A stretch of DNA of 13,949 bases, taken from positions 1 through 13,949 of the forward strand of contig JAVLCL010000031.1 in NCBI GenBank assembly GCA_031580825.1. The letters are read 5' to 3'. Source of the stretch: Halothece sp. Uz-M2-17. Its GTDB lineage: Bacteria; Cyanobacteriota; Cyanobacteriia; Cyanobacteriales; Rubidibacteraceae. The translations under genes were made by a program, and so were the position numbers. Positions 7,811 through 13,949 of this stretch are shown here, one piece after another (positions within the stretch are counted from its first letter, which is position 1; the number at the start of each line of letters is the position of its first letter). The notes beneath the pieces are model-generated. The model did not search any database. It worked only from the letters and a program-made list of their open reading frames with translations, and was not told the DNA's origin.

Positions 7811-10800
7811 TTAAACTGACAGAATGGACTTTTGGCAACGCGCTATTAATTCTTCAAATATAGGATCGCCAAAACTCATCAAACGTAGTGAACTGTTCTC
7901 AGCAAAAACTTCAGGATAAAATGTAACTTGATAAGCGTTACTTGAATCATGCAGTTGCCAAGTCTGTTCCGTCAACTTAGTCCACTCCACTCCCTGTAAA
8001 GCCAAAATCCTAGAATTGGTCATTAATTGTTCAATGGCTTTTGGAGAAAGGGGAGAAGGAGGAAGGGGTTCATTCACTTCCGCTAAATCGGCTTCCACAT
8101 CTCGGTTGACCAAATCATCCACATCCATCTCCATCTGGACGTTGTTGAAATTCTGCTCAAATTCCGCCATCAACACATCTTCCTCTTGCGGATCTGCACT
8201 CATGACGGCTTTTTCAATGAAGGTGGGAACTTCTGCGAGAATCGGTTGAACATGACCGACGACATTCTCAAATAAATCAATGCGATCGCGCAGCCGTCGA
8301 TAAACTTTCGCTTCTACTGTTCCATCATAGTAGAAGTTATGAATCCTGACCGTAGAATACCGTTGTCCAATGCGATCCAATCGTCCGATCCGTTGTTCTA
8401 CTCGCATCGGGTTCCAAGGGAGGTCATAATTGATTAAAACGCCACAGGTTTGTAAGTTTAGTCCTTCACTGGCTGATTCGGTACAAATTAAGAGTTTGAT
8501 AGCGCGTAGGTCGGAGACCGAGCCGTAGGCATCGCGAAAACTGCGCTTAATCTGTTCCTTGGGAACAATCCGCCATCTGTCCCCTTCATAAAGTTCTCCA
8601 CCTCTTCCCGAATAACAGGCGAGTTGCGTTCCATACAGTTGTTGTAACGATTCTCGCAAATAGTCCATTGTGTCAGTGTACTGGGTGAAGATGAGGATAC
8701 TTTCGCGATTTAGAAATTCTTGACGAAGGAGATCAATGAGAAACGATAACTTACTATCTTCTCCTGTATTTTCAAACTGACGCAGTAAATCTTCTAAATA
8801 CTCGATTTCTTTGGGGTCAACGGGTTCAGCTAAATAAGACTCTAACCCTGTAATCACCGCATCATCCACTTCATCCAGTTCAATTAAATCATCTTCGGTG
8901 ACACTAATGCCATCTAAACGACGTTGAAGCGATTGACGAACGGCGTAAAAAGAACTGGTGAGGCGTTTGCGATACAGGGTCATCAAAAAGCCTAATGCTT
9001 TGCGTTCCTGTTTTTGCGCGAGGCGATAAAAGTCCCGCACATAGTCACTGACAGCACGATAAAGAGGGATTTCACGGTTGGTTTCGAGGTTAATGGCGTT
9101 ATCTTGAACTTCGCGGGTGGGAACATCCCGTTCTAACATTCCCCGTTTGTAATATTCTCTCAAGGTATCGCGGGTGTGGCGGAACATATGGTCTTTGAGG
9201 GGAGTGTTAACGGTGAGATATTGGCGGGAGGTGTTAATAAACGGTTTATTCGCCAGAGAAGATTTGTAGTTGGCGATCTTTTTCCCTTTTTCCCAAGTAT
9301 CCTGGAGTTGGTAAGCTAGAACGCGATCGCGCTGTTTAAGATAGTCTTGAAAACGGGGACAAGCCCTTCCCCCATTACGGAAATAATCGGTGGACATCCG
9401 TTGCCAAAATTCTAGAGTATTTTGATTCGGTTGATTGCTAAGAGAGGCAAAATAATCACAGAAGTTATCGCCGTAATACCAGTGTCCTTTTAAGCCGAAT
9501 AAATGGAGGAGATCAAAGACTTCAATGGGATCGATTTGCATGGGAGTCGCTGATAAAAGAATCAGTGATTTTGCCTTTCCGCTTTCCCGTAGTTGTTGCA
9601 TTAAGGTTAACAACCGATTGGGAGTATCTTTTCGCGCTTGCGGGCTTTTTCGTCTGGCGTGGTGGGCTTCATCTAATACGACTAAATCCCAAGCCTTTGC
9701 TGATAACAATTCTTCCATCCGTTCTTGACGGCGCATCAAATGACTGGAGGCTAAAACTAAATCTTTACTATTCCAAGGATTCGTAAAGTTTTCCTGATTT
9801 TCTGTTTTCCCATAACAGTCTTGAAACGCCCCTTTAGTATAACTCCAAAAATGTAAGTTAAACTTTTCTCGCAGTTCTTCTTGCCATTGGGTTTGTACAC
9901 TTGCAGGAGAAAGCACTAACACTCGTTGTACTTTTTGGGTAATCAAAAGATATCGTAAAATTAAACCCGTTTCAATGGTTTTTCCTAAGCCAACTTCATC
10001 AGCAATCAGGAAGCTATGGGGAAATTGTTCCGCAACACGGCGCAGAATTTTAACTTGATGTAACCAAGGAGTAATGGGAATAGATTGCAAGCAAAAATCT
10101 AAGCATCCGTCATGCTTTGGAAGATTAAATAATAGTTCCCATTGTTGTTTTTCTTCATTAGTTATTTGTGGTTGGTTATTCGTTATTTGTTCTTCGTCGG
10201 CGGTTTGAGTGTTATAGTCATTCCAATTAATTTTCGTAGTGCGACCGTCTCGGTCGCTGTTAGAAAAAGTGTCTTGGTTGCTGTTAGAAACGGTATCGGC
10301 GCGATCGTTGTTAGGGAGCAAGATGCTCCCACTACTATTCACCTGATAATTCTCCTTGGGAATTACTATAGGGCGAGTATCGAATTCTACTTTTTGATTC
10401 CAGGTTGGTTTCGTATTTGGAGTGTAGCGTAAGAGTTTTTGACGCACCGCTTCGGGAACTTCAAAGGTTTTCACATTCGGTGCAAAATTATTCCAAAGTT
10501 GTTCAAAGCGAAACACTTCTTCTGAAACTCGTTCTAAATCTCTTCCCCCTTCCCATGAGCAGTAAACATGAAACGATTCAACATTTTGTTCCCAGCCACT
10601 TAGGGATTCATTATTTGACCCAAAACAGACTAATTGGTTATTCTCAGCATCGGTAAAGATTCCCACTTTTTCATGGAAAATATGTTGCGGATTAATTTGA
10701 GTTTCCGATGATTCAGGAAGTCCATTTTTTTTGAAAGGAATAGCGATTTTTATATCTAAATATTCGTTTTGAATTAGCCAACTGAGGATTTCAAAATGTT

Positions 10801-11122
10801 TCAGTTGGGCGAAGGTTTCAGGAGAGGTTAACTCCGTATCGAGGCGAGTGGTTAAAGCCTCCCGCAGCGCATAACCTTTTTCAATCGCTTCTAAATCTTG
10901 GGGACTAAACTGACAGCCCATAATCAGACGCATTTTACCATTATTGTCTAACATCGCGCCTAATCCTTGAGCTACTTTGCTAAGAATGCGACTACTGAAA
11001 AAGCCTGATTTGCGATCATAGTTGACAGACCGTTCTAAGGCGGGAATGTAAAATTCAAGGATGGGGTTATGTTCGTTACTGGAGTAACCAATGCGCCAAG
11101 TGTAATCAGGTAATGTTTGCAT
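7811..11122 (-). CDS. PLD-family nuclease (single HKD motif) fused to an SNF2-family helicase (helicase-nuclease)
   Basis: 1103 aa.
- **N-terminal domain (about aa 1-230):** HEKVGIFTDAENNQLVCFGSNNES is an H-x-K...D...GS-x-N PLD/Nuc motif.
- **Linker:** a low-complexity N/S/Q/T stretch.
- **SNF2 motifs:** Walker A is FLIADEVGLGKTIETG. The DEAH box is LVVLDEAHHARR. Motif III is LLSATPMQ. Motif VI is QRIGRLDRIGQ, with LICTESASEGLNLQ ahead of it. Confidence 0.9.
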   Translation of the reverse strand: MQTLPDYTWRIGYSSNEHNPILEFYIPALERSVNYDRKSGFFSSRILSKVAQGLGAMLDNNGKMRLIMGCQFSPQDLEAIEKGYALREALTTRLDTELTSPETFAQLKHFEILSWLIQNEYLDIKIAIPFKKNGLPESSETQINPQHIFHEKVGIFTDAENNQLVCFGSNNESLSGWEQNVESFHVYCSWEGGRDLERVSEEVFRFEQLWNNFAPNVKTFEVPEAVRQKLLRYTPNTKPTWNQKVEFDTRPIVIPKENYQVNSSGSILLPNNDRADTVSNSNQDTFSNSDRDGRTTKINWNDYNTQTADEEQITNNQPQITNEEKQQWELLFNLPKHDGCLDFCLQSIPITPWLHQVKILRRVAEQFPHSFLIADEVGLGKTIETGLILRYLLITQKVQRVLVLSPASVQTQWQEELREKFNLHFWSYTKGAFQDCYGKTENQENFTNPWNSKDLVLASSHLMRRQERMEELLSAKAWDLVVLDEAHHARRKSPQARKDTPNRLLTLMQQLRESGKAKSLILLSATPMQIDPIEVFDLLHLFGLKGHWYYGDNFCDYFASLSNQPNQNTLEFWQRMSTDYFRNGGRACPRFQDYLKQRDRVLAYQLQDTWEKGKKIANYKSSLANKPFINTSRQYLTVNTPLKDHMFRHTRDTLREYYKRGMLERDVPTREVQDNAINLETNREIPLYRAVSDYVRDFYRLAQKQERKALGFLMTLYRKRLTSSFYAVRQSLQRRLDGISVTEDDLIELDEVDDAVITGLESYLAEPVDPKEIEYLEDLLRQFENTGEDSKLSFLIDLLRQEFLNRESILIFTQYTDTMDYLRESLQQLYGTQLACYSGRGGELYEGDRWRIVPKEQIKRSFRDAYGSVSDLRAIKLLICTESASEGLNLQTCGVLINYDLPWNPMRVEQRIGRLDRIGQRYSTVRIHNFYYDGTVEAKVYRRLRDRIDLFENVVGHVQPILAEVPTFIEKAVMSADPQEEDVLMAEFEQNFNNVQMEMDVDDLVNRDVEADLAEVNEPLPPSPLSPKAIEQLMTNSRILALQGVEWTKLTEQTWQLHDSSNAYQVTFYPEVFAENSSLRLMSFGDPIFEELIARCQKSILSV

Positions 11123-11124
11123 GG

Positions 11125-11142
11125 TTTGTTATTCGTTATTTG
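11125..11142. repeat. 18-bp element TTTGTTATTCGTTATTTG in the DUF5615-to-SNF2 intergenic gap; left arm of a perfect inverted repeat with 12427-12444
   Basis: It is exactly identical to the reverse complement of 12427-12444 (CAAATAACGAATAACAAA). It sits 3-20 nt upstream of the SNF2 ATG on the coding strand. Confidence 0.6.
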
Positions 11143-11143
11143 G

Positions 11144-11476
11144 CTAAGTTAGCACTAAAATACTTTCCGTTGCGCTATTACAAAACTGGCTAATGGTGTC
11201 AAATTGATCTCTGAGAACTTGAACAATTTTAGAGGTTGGCCTGTTTCCAATACGAAGATAAATAAATTTAGGAGGATGACCATAAAGTAAGCTACGTTGA
11301 TAAAAGTCAGAGTCCTTAGAAACAATGACAAAATCATTGGCTTTTGCATACTCCCAAATTACTGCATCATCGGTGTTTGTTAAACCAACAGTCTTAACAT
11401 GGGTAGAATCAGGATATAGATCAACAATCCTATTAATGATACGGTCGGAAAGATTTTCGTCTAATAGCAGTTTCAC
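11144..11476 (-). CDS. DUF5615 family PIN-like (Mut7-C-like) protein; toxin-like partner of DUF433
   Basis: 110 aa: MKLLLDENLS...GLTNTDDAVIWEYAKANDFVIVSKDSDF matches the DUF5615 consensus (LLDENLP...GL..ASD.EI..A.....ILITKDKDF). Its start overlaps the DUF433 stop (ATGA at 11473-11476). Confidence 0.75.
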   Translation of the reverse strand: MKLLLDENLSDRIINRIVDLYPDSTHVKTVGLTNTDDAVIWEYAKANDFVIVSKDSDFYQRSLLYGHPPKFIYLRIGNRPTSKIVQVLRDQFDTISQFCNSATESILVLT

Positions 11477-11697
11477 AATGAAGTTACAAATAGCTTTTTC
11501 TCACGGTCAGCAGCAAAAGCAAGACAGGCTTTAATATCTTCAGGAGTTAATTCAGAAAAATCTTCTAAAATTTCCTCTTCAGTCATTCCACCTGCTAAGT
11601 ATTCTAGAATATCAGAGACAGTAATTCGCATTCCTCGAATACAGGGTTTTCCGCTACGTTTTCCAGGTTCAATTGTAATGATTTGATGGTAATCCAT
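11473..11697 (-). CDS. DUF433 family protein (antitoxin-like partner of DUF5615)
   Basis: 74 aa: IITIEPGKRSGKPCIRGMRITVSDILEYLAGGMTEEEILEDFSELTPEDIKACLAFAA matches the DUF433 signature (GKP.I.GTRI.V..IL..LA.G.S.EEIL.DYP.LT.EDI.A.L.YA). Confidence 0.8.
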   Translation of the reverse strand: MDYHQIITIEPGKRSGKPCIRGMRITVSDILEYLAGGMTEEEILEDFSELTPEDIKACLAFAADREKKLFVTSL

Positions 11698-11735
11698 TTT
11701 TGTTCTCAGTTATTTGAAGTTAATCAAGAAAATAA

Positions 11736-12020
11736 CTACATATTATTAATTTTGACAGGACGGGCTTGATTATCTAACTCGGAACGATAGTTGTTTTCTA
11801 AATTTATCCAAATATCAGCCGATGTTTCTAAACTCTTACCTAGATCATTTGCAATCTCAGTTGTAATTTGTTGATCTCCTTTTAGAATTGCTTCAATTAT
11901 TTCTACAGAATATCCCATTCTTTCTGCTAGATCATTTTTTGTCCAGTCCCGTGCTTCTAACTCCCGATTCAAGATTTTTCCTGGTGCAACTCTTCTGGCG
12001 GGGGTTAATTTTTTACTCAT
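11736..12020 (-). CDS. higA: HigA-family HTH (XRE-type) antitoxin/transcriptional regulator
   Basis: 94 aa: PGKILNRELEARDWTKNDLAERMGYSVEIIEAILKGDQQITTEIANDLGKSLETSADIWINLENNY matches the HigA-family pattern (PGEIL.EE.LEP.G.S...LA..LGVS...IS.I..GKR.IT...A..L...FG.S.E.WLNLQ..YDL). Its ATG shares one nucleotide with the upstream TAA (TAATG). Confidence 0.8.
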   Translation of the reverse strand: MSKKLTPARRVAPGKILNRELEARDWTKNDLAERMGYSVEIIEAILKGDQQITTEIANDLGKSLETSADIWINLENNYRSELDNQARPVKINNM

Positions 12021-12409
12021 TATTCTAGTCCTAATTCGTTATTAGTTATTGGTTCGTGTTTCTTTATTGAGTTGAGGTAGGCGTTAAGTTTCGGGGAAAG
12101 TTCTTCGATTAAGGGCTTAATTTGATTGATTTCTTCCTCGGTTAAAAGTTTATGATTATAAGCGAGTCTTAGCCAATGGCGAGTTTCATAGAGAGAACCT
12201 CTTGCTATTTTAATAAAACGTTGATTATCTTTATAATTATAACGTCCATTTCCTTCAGCAATATTTGCGCCAATACTATCAGCAGATCGAATGATTTGTT
12301 TCCCGACAGTATTTTTAGCAAAGTAATCCCATTTTGCAACGATAACCCAAAGCTGATTAGCCAATTCTTCTGCTAGTTGATAAACTCTCAACTCTGAAAA
12401 TTTTGCCAT
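12020..12409 (-). CDS. Four-helix-bundle protein of the '23S rRNA intervening-sequence protein' family (Avd-like)
   Basis: 129 aa: FSELRVYQLAEELANQLWVIV...GKQIIRSADSIGANIAEGNGRYNYKDNQRFIKIARGSLYETRHWLRLAYNHKLLTEEE matches the family hallmarks (F..L.VWQ.A..L...IY......Q.RRAA.SI..NIAEG.GR....E...FL.IA.GS..E.). Confidence 0.8.
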   Translation of the reverse strand: MAKFSELRVYQLAEELANQLWVIVAKWDYFAKNTVGKQIIRSADSIGANIAEGNGRYNYKDNQRFIKIARGSLYETRHWLRLAYNHKLLTEEEINQIKPLIEELSPKLNAYLNSIKKHEPITNNELGLE

Positions 12410-12426
12410 TCCCTTCTCCCAAACAA

Positions 12427-12444
12427 CAAATAACGAATAACAAA
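12427..12444. repeat. 18-bp element CAAATAACGAATAACAAA in the MTase-to-4HB intergenic gap; right arm of the perfect inverted repeat
   Basis: Exact reverse complement of 11125-11142. It lies in the 38-nt gap between the MTase stop (12448) and the 4HB start (12409). Confidence 0.6.
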
Positions 12445-12447
12445 TAA

Positions 12448-13932
12448 CTAAATCCCTAAATTCATCTGTCCATCGTCTAAGTTGATCTCCATTTGTTCGT
12501 AAAGCACCTTAGATTTAATTTCATCCATGGCTAACCATAAGTCTAATAACGCTTTATGTTCAGGGACATTTTGCGGAATTACCTTAAACGCCACTTCCAT
12601 TGTTTTACTAAACATATCATTACTAACTAACCCTGTATCGTGCATAAACCGCCGTACCATTTGGATGTTTTCTTCTTCTTGATAAAGGGCGATAATCGCA
12701 TGAAGTCCATTCACTAAATGTTGGGCGGAAAATTCTTGGGGGTTGATGGAAAAGGCGCGTTTTTTCAGGCGCTGAATAGGGGTTAAGAGTTTACAGCTTC
12801 CACTGGCGGAGTCGAGGAGTTTATGGACTTTTGCTAAGTCGGTGACGTTAAACCCACCAATGGCTAAGGCTAACTGTCGCGCTTCATCAAAGGGGAACTC
12901 TCGCGCTTTGAACGCATCCCACGCCAGAAGATACCATTGGGTTAAGGTGTCAAACCCTGCGGTGTCGCTTTGTACCAGTTTTTGGAAGCGGTAGTTTGCA
13001 ATGGCGGTTCTCGCTTCGGCGAAGGCTTTTTCGGGACGGACTTCTTCTCCTGTACTATCGAGGATAGGGTAGGAACGGGAGAAGACGTTGAGGGCGGGAC
13101 CAAAGGCGCTAAGATAAAGGTCAATTCCTGTGATGTCGTTGGCTTCAAAGTCAGGGGCGCGAGACTCTACAAGGTTGGCAACTTCGGGGCGCAAATCATC
13201 CCACCAGGCTTGTTCGGCGTTGGGGTCGCGTTTACGACAGACTAATAAAACGGTGCTGGAAACGCTATTTTTCTTGGCTTGGTGGAGGTTTTGGGGGCTT
13301 TCGGTACTAACCGCCCAAGATGCGGTAATCTCGAAGCCTGCATCAATGAGAGATTTGGTTAGGACATCCCACGCGCCAGAGTCTTTATGGTTAAACTGAA
13401 CGGTCATCACGCCATGTTCTTTTAAGACGCGATAGTATTCAGCGAACGCCATTTGCATTTTCCCTTCGTAGTCTTGGCTGGCGAGTTCGTCGGGGGAGAC
13501 TCCCATGTTACGGAAACGGGAAGAGTTAGCAACGGCTTCTCTATCTTTATCGGTGAGTTCAGTGAGGAAAAGTTCGGGGTGAATACCTTCTAAAACTCTT
13601 TTTTGCCAGACGTAGAAAAAGTCTGATATTTCTGCATATTGAATAGTTGCGTAATAAGGAGGGTCAGTGACGATGGTATCAACAGAGTTATCAGGAATAT
13701 GGAATAAACTATCAGCAGAAGCAGAGTTGATTTGAATTGATTTAGAGTCGTATTTTTCCAGTTCTTTTAGTTGGATAGAGTTAGATTGTGTTCCTAATAA
13801 TTGACAAAGTTTACTGTATTCTGAAGCTAAAGCATCAGCACACCAATGCCATAATTCTCCATTTCCACTAATTTCTGGATAATTCCAAAATAAATTGGCT
13901 CTTCTAGAGTGAGTATGATAAGTTAATACCAA
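12448..13932 (-). CDS. DNA methyltransferase domain protein (DPPY motif IV; amino-MTase N6-A/N4-C type), apparently N-terminally incomplete or split
   Basis: 494 aa from a TTG start.
- **Motif IV:** SADSLFHIPDNSVDTIVTDPPYYATIQYAEISDFFYVWQ. It is followed by a YY.VLKEHGVMTVQFNHKD...AGFEITASWAV block typical of amino-MTases.
- **No motif I:** I see no FxGxG SAM-binding motif I anywhere in the ORF.
- **N-terminal limit:** an in-frame TAA immediately precedes the TTG, so the N-terminal part must be missing, frameshifted or encoded separately. Confidence 0.7.
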   Translation of the reverse strand: MVLTYHTHSRRANLFWNYPEISGNGELWHWCADALASEYSKLCQLLGTQSNSIQLKELEKYDSKSIQINSASADSLFHIPDNSVDTIVTDPPYYATIQYAEISDFFYVWQKRVLEGIHPELFLTELTDKDREAVANSSRFRNMGVSPDELASQDYEGKMQMAFAEYYRVLKEHGVMTVQFNHKDSGAWDVLTKSLIDAGFEITASWAVSTESPQNLHQAKKNSVSSTVLLVCRKRDPNAEQAWWDDLRPEVANLVESRAPDFEANDITGIDLYLSAFGPALNVFSRSYPILDSTGEEVRPEKAFAEARTAIANYRFQKLVQSDTAGFDTLTQWYLLAWDAFKAREFPFDEARQLALAIGGFNVTDLAKVHKLLDSASGSCKLLTPIQRLKKRAFSINPQEFSAQHLVNGLHAIIALYQEEENIQMVRRFMHDTGLVSNDMFSKTMEVAFKVIPQNVPEHKALLDLWLAMDEIKSKVLYEQMEINLDDGQMNLGI

Positions 13933-13949
13933 TTAAAAAGGAAGAATAG

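Noticed and set aside
8016-10656. Plus-strand ORFs 8016..8249, 9525..9728, 9565..9786, 10142..10432, 10405..10656
   Set aside because: All are antisense to the 1103-aa PLD-SNF2 CDS, whose motifs are unambiguous. They are spurious.
11155-11534. ORFs 11155..11349(-) and 11325..11534(+)
   Set aside because: They overlap the DUF5615/DUF433 genes in other frames or antisense. The DUF5615 and DUF433 calls have clear family signatures, so these are rejected.
12176-13399. ORFs 12176..12376(+), 12942..13148(-), 12970..13245(+), 13130..13399(+)
   Set aside because: They are nested in or antisense to the 4HB and methyltransferase CDSs. No motifs support them.
1-13949. CRISPR arrays, tRNA/rRNA genes, transposase/integrase genes
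   Set aside because: I scanned for regularly spaced direct repeats, tRNA-like cloverleaf sequence and IS-type ORFs and found none. The only structured repeats are the 18-bp inverted repeat pair and the degenerate 25-bp units in the SNF2 linker.

Overview
This 13.9-kb window is probably cyanobacterial. It has three exact HIP1 octamers (GCGATCGC at 4408, 8282, 9323) and about 40-45% GC. Cyanobacteria often lack Shine-Dalgarno sites, and here only the flotillin gene has a clear one. Three regions stand out.

- **Left third (1-5094), ordinary chromosomal genes.**
  - The 3' end of a flotillin-like gene overlaps (ATGA) a complete second flotillin/SPFH gene.
  - A secreted Q/N-rich protein and a small acidic hypothetical follow.
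  - A 610-620 aa membrane protein is a ZIP (ZupT-like) metal permease whose cytoplasmic loop carries two tandem cyclic-nucleotide-binding (CAP-family) domains with atypical phosphate-binding cassettes.
- **Middle (about 5100-7700), a low-GC island at about 30% GC.**
  - A DUF975-like polytopic membrane gene is interrupted by an in-frame TAG.
  - A 422-aa membrane protein is built from two copies of a [beta-strand + TM hairpin + ~110-aa soluble domain] module.
- **Right 6 kb, one tightly packed minus-strand operon.**
  - Order: DNA methyltransferase (DPPY motif; N-terminus apparently missing or split at the window edge) -> four-helix-bundle '23S rRNA IVS'/Avd-like protein -> HigA-like HTH antitoxin -> DUF433 -> DUF5615 PIN-like -> a 1103-aa fusion of a single-HKD PLD nuclease domain with an SNF2 helicase.
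  - This looks like a DISARM-like or RM-like MTase plus helicase-nuclease defense module with a TA/4HB cassette inserted between its two enzymatic genes.
  - The cassette is bracketed by a perfect 18-bp inverted repeat (11125-11142 and 12427-12444). A GTTATTTG core recurs at the other gene junctions.

I found no rRNA, tRNA, CRISPR or transposase.
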